DNA from: Sphyrna mokarran | Taxonomy: Eukaryota | Length of the DNA: 64,000 nt | Direction: 5' to 3' | NCBI GenBank assembly: GCA_024679065.1 | Contig: JAGIQG010000040.1 | Span: forward strand, 10,106,001-10,170,000 | In this document: positions 11,093 through 23,654 of the stretch, piece by piece | How the letters are laid out: each line of letters begins with the position of its first letter | Numbering within the stretch: the stretch's first letter is position 1 | Made by a program: the position numbers and the translations under genes | Notes under the pieces: model-generated | What the model was told of the DNA's origin: nothing | Databases searched by the model: none | What the model saw: the letters and a program-made list of their open reading frames with translations, nothing else

Positions 11093-13119
11093 ATACACGT
11101 TTGTCTATTTCTGTGCTGTGTTGATGTTTTTTTGCCCTTTTCCTCAATCAATAAATGTATTCTGAGATAGCTATTTCTCTGTTTATTTACACAAACACTT
11201 CACTGGTTAGAATGAACGATCACGGCAGCAAAACCAGATAAATGGTCATTTATTGATTCGTTTCAACTCAAAATAACGTTTTAATTTAAGTATATTGACA
11301 GTTGGTTCAAAATGAGTGGAAGCTTTGTGAATATGCATGAGAGCACATGTTGTTTAGTTCAAGTAAAGAGATACATTCTTTTTAAAAACATGTTCCGAGT
11401 GTTCTGATGTCACAAATAAATAAAACATATTTGAACAGGTTGGTTTTCCAATATATACACAATTATATCATCGAGATTTTGCATCCGACCATTTACCTGA
11501 AGTGAGAATCTGTTTCACTCTCTGCTGATGCCCACTGATCAACATTTTTTTGTTGTTTTCCTGTTAGATTTCCAGAATCTTCACTGTTTGCAAAGTAATT
11601 GCCAAACGCAATCTTCTCCTAGCCTTGAATCTCATTCTGACACAATGGCAATGACTAATTGGAATCCATATAAAAGTTCCATCAATTCTTAAAATGACAT
11701 CGGGAAACAGATGATGTAGGAGGTCTTATCGAGCTTGATGTTAATCTTGTATGAGCTGCACTATCAGAACAGCCGAACGCTCGGTTTGCTTCCCTTACAA
11801 CTGAGCAGTTTATGGGAGATATTGTACAGAGTTTCAGAGTTATGAATGGAAATGTTTTATTTGTTTGAAAGAAACTATTATCCACTAGCAAGAGGGCCAG
11901 AGTATGGAAGACACTTCTTGATTGCATTACAGAAAGCCATACTTCTATTTGTGTTGTACCCGATTTTAATTATATGACAGTAGGAACCTAATCTTTTCAC
12001 TCAATTAACCTCTCTCCTCTATTTCTCGCGAACAACACTTAGCACACTGAACCTTTCTATTTTGGAATACCTCTGTGGGGGCGGGGGGGGAAGAAATGTT
12101 GCTTTAATTTTCCCTCTTGTCTCTCAGTGGTAATCTTCGGTCCATGTTCACTTCAATTAATCTATTTAATCCCCAAATATGATCATTTTCTTGATTCATT
12201 AAAATGGGAATGAAGGTGAATGTAATGCTGGGAGCAGCAGCATTTGTGTATCTGCTCTTCATGCTTTCAGAGTGAGTTCACCCTCACAGGCAGGAAGACT
12301 GTTCACGGTGATAACATCAAACTGGGCCCGGTTGTTTCATTCTCAGGTAACAACTTCCTGTTTCATGCTGCCGGTTCCAAACCGCACATCTCACTTCTGA
12401 GCAGAAAATAAATCCAGAGACCACAATCTGGTGAGAACATCTGTCAGTGCGGCCTATATCTGTCGGCAAAATCACACAGATCACACTGCGGTGACATTTA
12501 CAAATGAGTCTGTTGTGATCTGCTCTGAGTTTCCATTCCCGGACATAACTGGATGGTCAGTGGATCAGTCACTGACTCCCCCGGGTTCTCTGAAGAAAGA
12601 TAATGATTAGCTGTTATTGCTTTAACATTTTCTCTCCATCTTTTTTTTTGTCTTTTATCTGTCAGCACCTGTTGTTCTTTCTTCTAACTCTCCCGTGTTT
12701 CTGTCTGACTCTTTGTCATTCTTTTGAACTATTATCAATGTTCATAATGATGGAGTTGTGATTGGGTTAATTAAAGAGACAATCTTTCAACTTTGAGGAC
12801 AGTCAGCACCTAATGGGCACAAATTCACTTTATTGAGCAGGAAGACAGAAAGAACTGACAAAATGAACTGATTCTCAAGAAAGCATCTTCAGTGTTTTTG
12901 ACATGGACTATCCAGGGAATGTCAGTAAGGATCAGGTGTGAAAATAGTTACGAAAATCGGATACTCAGTGTCCTGAACTTAACTGTAGATACACATTGAA
13001 AATTATACAAGAGAATGCATGAACATTTTATGAAGGAGAACAGGGGAAAGATAAATAACAATAAGATTCCCTGGATAAATAAAGTAATGTAATTTCAGTT
13101 TCTGGTCTCCATCACCTAG

Positions 13120-13247
13120 AACCCACTGACCACATCTGGATTGACGACAATGAGGATGATATCAGCAACATCTGGACAGCCGCTTCCACATTCATCGTCC
13201 TGTTCTTCCTGAGTATTTTCTACAGCACTGCCGTCACTCTGATGAAG
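13120..13247 (+). CDS. IGHM: IgM transmembrane exon TM1, copy 2 (intact, no constant exon of its own nearby)
   Basis: cacctag| (E)[42 protein letters not shown] |gtgag; 128 bp like copy 1. Confidence 0.9.
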
Positions 13248-13387
13248 GTGAGGTGATTCCATTCGCTCACATTTCAAACCGGCAGAATGGATTTTAAAAA
13301 TCTCTCAATGTTTCACTGATTAAAAACACCAACATTAATGTCCCACATCATAAACATCTGCTTCATTATTGTATTTTTCTTTTTCAG

Positions 13388-13396
13388 GTCAAATGA
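13388..13396 (+). CDS. IGHM: IgM TM2 exon coding part (VK*), copy 2
   Basis: tttttcag|GTC AAA TGA gives the canonical KVK cytoplasmic tail; AATAAA at 13843. Confidence 0.85.
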   Translation, partial: VK

Positions 13397-14072
13397 TTGA
13401 ATTTTGGACGCTGCAGGTTTTCCTCAGCTGATTATCGAGATCTCTGTCTGGCTCATATACAATATTGGCTCTTGGTGACTCTATCAATAAATTTCTCTTT
13501 GTTTATCATTATGAATCTGTAACTGAATCAATTTATAGACGTAATTTCAGTTTTCAGTGTGAAACGTACGGCATTTTTTGTTATAATGTAATTGTGGTTA
13601 ACACTTTCCTCATAGTTTAAATATCATGTATAATTAAGAAACTTATCTCATTCCTTATTCACTTTTCTTAATTACACTTTCTTTAAGGTCCTGTTTTCAG
13701 TTCCTGGTGTATGTCACAAATGTACAAATATTGACGGATTCCATGTGCATGTGTTCAGTTCTCAATGTGGAGCTCAATCCTTTTATTCACTTTTCTAACT
13801 TTAAGCAATAATGTTGCTATAAAATATACACTGAACTTTTAAAATAAATACTGAGTGAGAATTTAACCATCTCTGGTTTGGCTTAATTCCGTTTTCCAAA
13901 ACCCACCTACTCTGCTCTATTTTCCCTATTAGAGGGTTTACCCCCTTTCCCAGACAGGCATGTTCCCCCAGTCATGTGTGGGATGTGATTTAACTCAAGG
14001 CCGTTCAATGGAAGTGTCACTCCGCCACCCAGTGGCCAATCTGTGTAAATACACCTTTATTTCTGCCTTTTT

Positions 14073-14909
14073 AACATAGAACAATAGAGCACAGAACAGG
14101 CCCTTCGGCCTTCGATGTTGTGCCGACCAAAATAAAAAGCAATGCCCCTCCAAACTAAACCATTCCCTCTCTTCCATATACTTATCAATTAACCTCTTAA
14201 ACGCCACCAAACTTGGCGCATCTACAACAGCTGCAGGCAGGGCATTCCACTCCCTAATCACTCTTTGAGTAAAGAACCTACCTCTGATATCCGTCCTATA
14301 ACTCATACCCCTTAATTTAAAGCTGTGTCCCCTCGTGCTAGCTTTCTCCATCCTAGGAAAAAGGCTATCACTGTCCACCCTATCTAAACCTCTAATCATC
14401 TTATATGCTTCAATAAGATCCCCTCTTAGCCGCCTCCTTTCTAACGAAAACAACCTCAAATCCTTCAACCTCTCTTCATAGGACCTGCCCTCCATACCAG
14501 GCAACATCCTGGTAAACCTCCTCTGTACCCTCTCCAATGCCTCCACATCTTTCTTATAATGTGGGGACCAGAACTGCACACAATACTCCAAGTGCGGCCG
14601 CACTAGAGTTTTGTACAGTTGCAACATGATGCTGCGGCTCCTAAATTCAATCCCCCTACCAATAAAAGCTAAGACTCCATATGCCTTCTTAACAACTTTA
14701 TCCACTTGACTGCCTACTTTCAGGGATCTATTGACACATACACCAAGATCCTTCTGTTCCTCAACACTATTAAGAGCCCTACCATTAGCCCTATACTCTA
14801 CACATTTATTGTTCCTGCCAAAGTGCATTACCTCACACTTTTCCACATTAAACTCCATTTGCCACCTCTCGGCCCAGCTCTGCAACTTGTCCAAGTCACT
14901 CTGTAAACT
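14073..14909 (-). mobile_element. Young 5'-truncated CR1 LINE
   Basis: Uninterrupted RT C-terminus LQSDLDKLQSWAERWQMEFN...FFTQRVIREWNALP with TTCTATG-type tail; absent at the homologous site of TM copy 1 (about 5674). Confidence 0.95.
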
Positions 14910-15739
14910 TTTTCTGATAAAATCCAGAGACAGAATGAGTGAACAATGAGGAGGCATCGGTGACTTCACTCACAAACTGATCTGTCATTGACCGAGATTC
15001 AGGTAATGCTAAAAAAAAGGCTCTGTTTCATCAAAGGCCGATGCACGGTAGTGTGTGGCAGAAGATAGTTTTTTTCACACTGCCCCTTAAAAACTCTATT
15101 CGAGTCGCTGCAGCGTGGGTTAACAGTGTGAATCTCTCTATATTTCGTCCGATGAAATACTTACAAGGCAGACGTGCCACAAGCTAGATAGAGAACACAT
15201 ACAGAACAGAGGTCCAAACCGTGAGGTGAAACCCAAGAGACGGAGGTGTATTTCACATAAGCAAATACTGGATTATAAATTTTCCAATTAGGACGAGTAT
15301 TGTGGGATAATTTGAGGTGATCAATGCTGTCTTTAACTACGGAAAGAAAAACTCGCTCTTTGTGTAAAGACAAAACACTTATTTTGAAAAAAAAACACAA
15401 AATACAACTGCTTGGAGATGATCAGAAGGGTTAAGTAGCTCTGGAGTACATCGTCAGGACCTTTCCGATGCATCTAAAGTGTACAATCAATAACAGATCA
15501 ATTATACACTTTCCCACCGATCATTTCGGTTTCACATTTGTTTAAAAATCATTGCTTAATTTCTTTAAAAATCATTTGTTTAAAAACATTAGGTAAACAT
15601 ACATGAATAACAATTCCTAATCAGTTGTTCAGCCAATCGCATTTTACAACACAGCATAATGATATCTCATCCATCTACTTAAACAGGAGGCTGATTTATC
15701 TGTAATCAGTACCTGAGAGAATCAGGAAGATGAGATAGT

Positions 15740-16250
15740 CATGAAGCCACAAAGGTTTTCAGCACGGAAGTAGGTCTTTCGGCCCAACATGTCTCGGCCG
15801 CCCTTTTTACCGAGTAAACTAGTCCCAATTGTCCGCTTTTCGTCCATCTCCCTCGATCGCCATCTTACTCATGTAACTGTGTAAGCGCTTTTTAAAGGGC
15901 AAAATCGTACCCGCCTCCATTACTACCTCTGATAGCTTGTTCCAGACACTCACGACTCTTTGTGTGAAAAAAATGTCTGTCTGGACTCTTTTATATCTCT
16001 TCCTCCTCACGTTAAACTCTCTGGTTTTAGATACCAATGCAGTTGGGAAAAGATATTGACTATCTAACTGATCTCTGCCCGACATTATGTTGTAGACCTC
16101 TATAAAATAACCCCTCAGCCTCGTACGGTCCAGAAAAAAAGTCTATCCAAACACTCCTTATAACTCAAACCATCAAGTCCCGTGAGCATTTTCGTAAATA
16201 TTTTCTGTACTCTTTCTTGTTTATTCATATCCTTTCTATAATAGGGTGAC
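15740..16250 (-). mobile_element. Old CR1 3' fragment
   Basis: FFTQRVVSVWNKL...FKKRL. Confidence 0.8.
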
Positions 16251-16589
16251 CAGAATCATGCTACAACCTGCTGAACTCCTAGAACTCTTTGTCTCACAAT
16301 TCATACTTCATCTTCTCCTTGATAGAAAAGAGAAGGGTCGGTAACTCCTTCATCCCTGATCTTAACTCGCCTTACTCATACAGCCCAAGGTTATGCGGAG
16401 TCAGCCTTATCAGGTCTTCACCTTTTCCTGTCTTATTCATTTCTTAGGTTATGCAGAGTCAGCTTTCGTTATTTTGAACCAAATAGTTGCCCAATTTTCC
16501 CATCATGCCATTACTTCATTCATACAACTTCACAGCAGGACTAAGTCAGTTCAGCTTTGTCAAGGGAAGGTCATGTCTGGCACATCTGT

Positions 16590-17220
16590 TAGAGTTCTTT
16601 GAAGAAGTAACAAGGAAGTTAGATAGGGAGAACCAGTGGACCTGATTTATTTCAATTTACAGAAGGCCATTGATAAAGCACTGCAGAGGAGACTTCTAAA
16701 TAAGTTAAATCCCAATGGTGTTGAGAGGAAGATCCTGGTATGGATAGAGGATTGGCTGTCTGGCAGAAGGCAGAAAGTGGGGATGAAGTGATCTGTTTTC
16801 AGGATGTCAGCCAGTGACTAGTGGTGTGCCACAGGGATCGGTGTTGGGAACACAACTTTTCACATTAAAGAATTGGAAGAACGAAGTGAAGGCACTATTG
16901 CTAAGTTTGCAGGTCATACAAAGATATGAAGGGTGACAACGAGTATTGAGGAACTCGGGAAGGGGAGGGGTGGGGGTTGGAGGACTTAGATAGGTCGGAG
17001 AGTGGGCAAAGAGATGGCAGATGGAATACAATGAGGAAAAGTGTGAGATTATGCACTTTGGAAGGAGAAATGGAGGCATAGTCTTAAATGGGGATATACT
17101 TACAAAATCAGATGCGCAAGGGAATTTGGGAGTCCTTGTTCAATATTCTCTAAAGGTTAACCTGAAGTTTCAATCGGCATTTAGAAAGGCAAATAGAATG
17201 CTGGCATTTGTGACGAAAGG
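16590..17220 (+). mobile_element. Degraded CR1 RT fragment
   Basis: [36 protein letters not shown]. Confidence 0.85.
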
Positions 17221-17388
17221 GCCCATACCAGGCTCGGGCCCACTCCAGGCTCGGGCCCGCACCAGGCTCGGGCCCATACCAGACTCGGGCCCACACCAGG
17301 CTCGGGCCCATACCAGGCTCGGGCCCATACCAGGCTTGGGCCCATACCAGGCTCAGGCCCGCACCAGGCTCGGGCCCACACCAGATTC
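17219..17388. repeat. 17-bp GC-rich minisatellite, 10 units
   Basis: (GGGCCCATACCAGGCTC)n. Confidence 0.92.
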
Positions 17389-17509
17389 AGACTCACTCAG
17401 GTTCAGGAGGAGACGTGATTCAGATTCACACAAAATGTGGACTCAGGTGAGATTCAGAGTTACACAAAGTTCAGACGCAGACCATGTACCGACTCATTTC
17501 AACTTCGTA

Positions 17510-18080
17510 ATCATAGAATTATTGAAATATGGTGAAAGCAGGAGTAGGACATTCACTCTTTCGACCCTGCTCCGCCTTTCGCTTTGATCATAGCTCATCA
17601 TCAACTTCAATATCCTAACTATCCCTTCCTCCCATATCCTGGATCAATTTAGCCCCAAGAGTTATACATCATTTTTTTCCTGAAAATACTAAAGGTTTTG
17701 GCCTCAAATACTTTCTGTGGTTGTGAAGCCCAAAGGTGATTTGGGTGGAAAAAAATCTCCTCATCTTTGTTCGAAAAGGTTGATGCTTATCCTCAAATCA
17801 TGAACCTTAGTCCTCAACTTCCTGAGCATCGGGGACATTCTTTCTGAATCAGCCCTGGCTAAACCTGTTCCAGTATTGTATGTTTCACCCTACTAACATC
17901 CAATGAATAAAGCCCTAACCAATTTTGTTTCTCTTCAAATCACAGATTGTTATCCCAGGAATCGGCCTGGTAAACAGTCACTGTATTCCCCCTGAGAAAG
18001 GGCATCCTTGCTCAGATAAGGACACCAAAACTATATACAATACTCATAATATGGCCTCAGCAATGCCCTGTATAACTGCA
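17510..18080 (-). mobile_element. Degraded CR1 3' fragment
   Basis: Begins with a catagaa tail and continues as decayed CR1 3' sequence. Confidence 0.65.
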
Positions 18081-18140
18081 GTGAACTCAGTAAAGTTTTA
18101 CAACACCAATTTTAAATCCAACCGATTTATTTGATAGTAA

Positions 18141-18180
18141 ATTCGCGAGCTTTCAACTCTATAGCCTTCGTCAGGCAAAT
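18141..18180 (-). ncRNA. Minimal type I hammerhead ribozyme in the inverted pseudo-LTR
   Basis: ATTTGC-CTGACGA-A-GGCT-ATAG-AGTT-GAAA-GCTC-GCGAAT. Confidence 0.7.
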
Positions 18181-19150
18181 GCAGTGTTCTCATCTGCAAT
18201 AGCACATATCAGCACAGACAGTCATAGATTGCTGATTAGAATGTGAATCCTTACATCTATCCTGCTATTCAAGTGTTAAAGTGGCTAACAATGTGTGTGA
18301 ACGGAATCCTGAGCATCGGTTAGAGAATTGTGTATTTTCTCCAGACAGCACAGTAAGTGAGGTTTTTTGCTAACCCAGGCAAGTTATGGGGGTTACGGAT
18401 AGTGTGTCATGAAGCCAAGATCCCTATTAAGACTGTCCTCATGTGTGCGGAACTTGGCTATCAGTCTCTGCTCAGCAACTCTGCGCTGTTGTGTGCCAGG
18501 AAGGCCCCCTTGAAGAGGTTGCACAGCAAGTTCTGCAAGACATGCCAGATCATAGACATGGACGACATCATCAAACGTGAGGATACCATTCACCAGGTAC
18601 ACGGTACATACTCTTGCAACTCGGCCAACGTTGTTTCCCCAATACGTTGCAAGAAAGGATGTCCCGAAGCATGGTACATTGGGGAGACCATGCAGACACT
18701 ATGACAGTGGATGAATGAGCATCGCTCAACAATCACCAGGCAAAACAGTTCCCTTCCTGTGGGCGAACCCTTCAGCAGTCATGGGCATTCGGCCTCCAAC
18801 CTGCGGGTAAATGTTCTTCAAGGGGGCCTTCGTGACACACGACAGCGCAGAGTCGCTGAGCAGAGACTGATAGCCAAGTTCCACACACATGAGGACGGTC
18901 TTAATAGGGATCTTGGCTTCATGATACACTATCTGGAACCCCCATAACTTGCCTGGGTTAGCAAAAAACCTCACTTACTGTGCTGTCTGGAGAAAATACA
19001 CAATTCTCTACCCAATGCTCAGGATTCCCTTCACACACATTGTTAGCCACTTTAACACTTGAATAGCAGGTTAGATGTAAGGATTCACATTCTAATCAGC
19101 AATCTGTAACTGTCTGTGCTGATGTGTGCTGTTGCAGACGAGAACACTGC

Positions 19151-19190
19151 ATTTGCCTGATGAAGGCTATAGAGTTGAAAGCTCGCGAAT
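19151..19190 (+). ncRNA. Minimal type I hammerhead ribozyme in the Penelope pseudo-LTR
   Basis: Stem I ATTTGC/GCGAAT, core CTGATGA...GAAA, stem II GGCT/AGTT, palindromic AGCT stem III, predicted cut after CUC (19184). Confidence 0.72.
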
Positions 19191-20088
19191 TTACTATCAA
19201 ATAAATCGGTTGGATTTAAAATTGGTGTTCTAAAACTTTACTGAGTTTACCACAGTCCAACGCCGGCATCGCTACATCATGACTACTATCGACACTGCAT
19301 ACTGCCGGATTCAAGTGGAGAGGATCAAAAGAGGATTGCACATATTGACACAGACGTCAAGTTTCTACAGAGATGCGAGAAAGCAGACAGGATACCAAAG
19401 GGACTACAGATCACGAACCCACTCAGATCAACCTATAACACAGACTATGCTGAGAGGCTTTGCCGTCGCACCTCTCTCACACTCCTCAATCACCTCATAC
19501 ACGAGCTCTATAGCAAACGCCGCACCCTGGAAAGTAAAATGGAATACGTATACTCAACTTGTGTTCAGGACGCAGATCAGCTGCAAAACTTTGCCAAGCA
19601 GATGAGACAAAGAAACTACACCATTTACATGCAGACCAAGAACAGGAAACTTGAAAAACTCGGCATCACCACCAGCAACAACCAAGCCTCCCTTGGCACC
19701 ACAGTAGAAAACAACACTACTGCAGGAGGTCCATTGTTAACCTGTCAGACTACACACTTCAATCAGAGGAAATCGAAGTTCTCAGCTGAGGGCTCAATTT
19801 CTGTCCCACCACCAAAATGGACCCCATCAGTCTTGCAGCAGACACAGAGGAATTCATCAGGCGAATGAGGCTGCGTGAGTTCTTCCACAAACCCCAAAAC
19901 GCCAATAGCGGACTCAATGAGATAGCTAATGAACCAGAACAGCCGACAGAGGGATCTGCAGTGCAGCAACCGAAGGGAAATGAATCCAGTTGGACTCCTC
20001 CGGAAGGCCGCTGCCCCCGACTGGACATGTCTGCCCAAGCCATCAGGAGGTGTGTGAACACCAGATTCATCAACTGCACTTTCAAAAT

Positions 20089-20132
20089 GTCTATGTAAAT
20101 TTCTATGTTCTATGTTCTATGTTCTATGTTCT
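20089..20132 (+). repeat. (TTCTATG)n CR1 tail-only insertion in the Penelope ORF
   Basis: Same heptamer as CR1 tails at 26585 and 45645-45670; flanked by AAAAT on both sides. Confidence 0.75.
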
Positions 20133-20836
20133 AAAATAGTCCCGAACATCACCGAAGCACAAAGCAAGGCCATCTGTGCTCTCAAGACCAACCACAGCAT
20201 TGTCATCAAACCAGCAGACAAAGGAGGTCCCACCGTCATACTGAACAGAACAGGCTACTGTGAAGAAGTGTACCAACAACTAAACAATGTGAAACATTAC
20301 AGACAGTTACCAGCAGATCCGACCAAAGACCACGCTCGTCAACTCAACACTCCGATCAAAACCTTTGATCTGGACCTTCAGAACACCCTCCAGGCTCTCA
20401 TTCCACGTACTCCCCGCATTGGAGATCTCTACTGCCTCCCAGAGATACACAAGGCAAACATGCCCGGCCGTCCCATCGTATCGGGCAATGGGACCCTGTT
20501 TGAGAACCTCTCCGGCTATATCGAGGGCATCCTGAAACCCATTGTACAAAGAACCCCCAGCTTATTGTCTTGACACTACGGACTTCCTACAGAAACACAG
20601 CACACATGGAGCAGTTGAACCAGGGACACTCCTTGTCACAGTGGATGTCTCGGCGCTCTACACCAACATCCCCCACGATGATGGTATTGCTGCAACTGCT
20701 TCAGTACTCAATGCCAACAACTGCCAGTTTCCGGATGCAATTTTACAACTCATCCGCTTCATCTTGGACCACAATGTCTTCACCTTCAACAATCAGCTTT
20801 TCATCCAGACACATGGAGCAGCCATGGGGACCAAAT

Positions 20837-22598
20837 CTCCTCTGAACTCTCTCAATAGCCTTTACATCCTTCCTATACTGAGGCGACCAGAAATGCGCAC
20901 AATATTCCAACTGGGGTCTGACAAGAGTCTTATAGAGCTGCATCATTACCTCCTGACTCCTGAACTCTATTCCTCAATTAATGAAGGCCAGTACACCGTA
21001 CACCTTCTTGACCACTTCCGCCACCTGCGAGGCCGATTTAAGAGTCCTATGGACCCGGACCCCGAGATCCTTCTGCTCTACGACACAGCTAGGATTCCTA
21101 CCCCTTATATTGTACTCCTTCATCCCATTATTCCTGCCAAAATGAACCACTACAAATTTATCTGTGTTGAAGTCCATCTGCCACTTCTCTGCCCAGTCTT
21201 GCATCCTGTCTATGTCCCGCTGCAAGTTTTGGCATCCCTGCAGACCATCCACAACACCACCGATCTTTGTATCGTCGGCAAACTTGCTAACCCATCCCTC
21301 CACTTCCTCATCCAGGTCATTTATGAAAATGACAAACAGCAGGGGTCCCAGAATAGATCCCTGGGGCACTCCACTGTTTACCGACCTCCATACAGAACAA
21401 GACCCATCCACAACCACTCTCTGCCTTCTGCAGGCAAGCCAGTTCTAGTTCCACGAGGCCAAAGCCCCTTGGATCCCATGCCCTCTCACCTTCTCCAGAA
21501 GCCTTGCATGTGGGACCTTATCAAACGCCTTACTAAAGTCCATGTACACTACGTCCACCACCCTTCCTTCGTCAATGTGTTCAGTCACATTTTCGAAGAA
21601 CTCAACTAGGCTCCTGAGGCATGACCTGCCCTTGACAAAACCATGCTGACTATTTCTAATCAGTCCAAACTTCTCCAAATGTTCATATATCTTATCCCTC
21701 AGAAGCCTCTCCATCAGCTTACCAACCTCTGAAGTCAAACTCACCGGTCGGTAATTTCCTGGACTATCCCTGTTCCCTTTCTTAAAGATAGGAACCACAT
21801 CCGCAATCCTCCAATCCTCCGGAACGTCTATCGTTTCCATGGACGACGCAAAGATCATCGCCAGGGGCTCTGCAACCACTTCCCTCACCTCCCACAATAA
21901 CCTGGGGTACATCCCATCCGGTCCCGGCGACTTGTCTATCTTGATAGAATTTAACAGGTCTCATACATCCTCTTTCCTAACATCCATATACTCAATCTTT
22001 TCTGTATGCCTCAAATCTGCAGTGCAATCTCCCAGTTCACTTTCCACTGTGAATACCGAGGCAAAGAACTCGTTAAGCACCTCTGCCAGTTCTTCTGGAT
22101 TCACACAGACTTTTCCCCCTTCACCTTTTATAGGCTCTATCCCTTCTCTTCTCATCCTTTTAGTTTTCACATATTTGTAGAAGGCCTTGGGATTCTCCTT
22201 AATCTTCCCTGCCAAGGCCTCTGGCTCTCCTAATTTCCTTTTGAAGTTCCCTTCTACACACCTTATACTCCTCTAGATCCCTAACATCCCCTAGCTCTCT
22301 GAACCTTTTATATACCTTTTTTTTATCTTCCTAACTAGGTTCACCACTAACTTTGTGCACCACGGTTCTCGTGTCCTACCAGAAAGCCCTTGACTCCTCG
22401 GAACATTGTCTTGCAGTGCCCCAGACAAGCATTCCTTGAAAAACCGCCACTTTCCTTCTGTACTCTTCCCCAAGAACACCTCCTTCCAGTTTATGCATCC
22501 AATTACCTGCCTAATGTTTTCATATTTCCCCTTACTCCAGACATGCCTAGCCTGCCTGATCCTATCTCTTTCCATCGTTATCGTGAAAGAGATAGAGG
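20837..22598 (-). mobile_element. CR1 LINE ORF2 internal segment, truncated at both ends
   Basis: [54 protein letters not shown]. Confidence 0.95.
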
Positions 22599-22619
22599 TC
22601 TTGTTGTTGTCATTTCCTC

Positions 22620-23518
22620 TCAGGCTTTATTGAGCTGAAAAATTACAGTAAAGGGATATTTCAATAGATTTTTTAGCTGCTGCCTAAAGTGAGTCTGTGT
22701 CACAGCATAAATAGCAGTATTTGTACAGCAACTTGTGAGTTGCAGCATGAAGCCCAACTCCATAACAAAAAAATCTAATGTCAAATGATAGCCCATGTCA
22801 TACATCCGATTCCATACTGAATAAACCATGAATGTTGACCATAAGAGGATGAAGTTGGCTGAGATAACAAACAGCAAAATGATGGATTTCCTTCGATTCT
22901 CAATCTCTGGGTCTCTGAAATTCTCTCCACTGCTGTGAGCCCGGAGTCTCCTGCGGGCTCTGCTGCTCACTAAAATGTGTCTGACGGTGAGAGCATTGAG
23001 CAGCAGAATCAGGACGAATGGGACACATGGGTTTAGAATGTAGTGGAGGAACTCGATTGCTCCCCAGGCCAGAGAATCCAAAACATCGATTGTGAAATCA
23101 CAAAACCAGGGGAGGTTCCACAGCCGATATGTATTTAATAACATAAAATACCAGACGATGTTCTTTAAACAGCTGAGCACCGTCACTGTTCCCAGAACCA
23201 CAGCCGCCGATTTCCCAGTGCAATATTTACTTTTCAGCTTGGGGCAGCAAATGGCCACAAATCGATCGAAGGTGAAAGTGATGGTGAACCAGACAGAACA
23301 GTCAGTGGCTGCGTAAAGCAGGACGGCGTGGATGTTACACATGGGGAGTGAACGCATGAAATAAAAGTGTTCGTGATAAACAATGGGAATCTGTCTCAAT
23401 ATCAGGTCGAGGATAACAACCAGCAGATCCCCCACTGACATGGCCACCAGGTAACGAGTGACACATTTGGACAGACCACAGTTTCTGTTTATCAGTGTCA
23501 CAATTGTGATTATGTTCA
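22620..23518 (-). CDS. GPCR-A exon 2: class A 7TM receptor, GPR139/GPR142-like (about 380 aa with exon 1)
   Basis: Acceptor cctgacag|TG; open frame with YLVAMSVGDLL (TM2), C..TDCSVWFT..FTFDRFVAIC (TM3), PCVPF (TM5), RRKSIILL (TM6), SCCTNTAIY (TM7), FRQQL (helix 8). Confidence 0.92.
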
Positions 23519-23654
23519 CTGTCAGGAAGGGAAATACAGAATAAAATTAGATATGATTCAGGGGAACAAATTACAATTTAGACTGACCTTGGGTTGAAAT
23601 AAAGAAAACACACAAAACAATTTGATTTTTTTAAAAAATCTAGTACCTCTTTTG

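Larger units (their letters stand above)
18081..20836 (+). mobile_element. Penelope-like retroelement: inverted pseudo-LTR, GIY-YIG end, pseudo-LTR, then 5' part of the next tandem unit (N-terminus and RT)
   Basis: Inverted repeat 18081-18516 / 18815-19250; CKTC and NVVSPIRCKKGCPEAWYIGET (GIY-YIG); ORF restarts at ATG 19279; RT motifs IVIKPADKGG, PGRPIVS, VDVSALYTNIP, GAAMGT; frameshifted, truncated at 20836. Confidence 0.92.

Noticed and set aside
12204-12510. Leader exon plus V segment, or an extra IgM exon
   Set aside because: Hydrophobic start but donor phase does not fit, no V framework follows, and the 76-nt AG..GT candidate would break the IgM frame.
13995-14969. 324-aa ORF as a host gene
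   Set aside because: CR1 RT C-terminus read through into flanking DNA.
20542-21609. 355-aa ORF as a novel gene
   Set aside because: Chimera of Penelope RT (to 20836) and the antisense strand of a CR1, which is often stop-poor.
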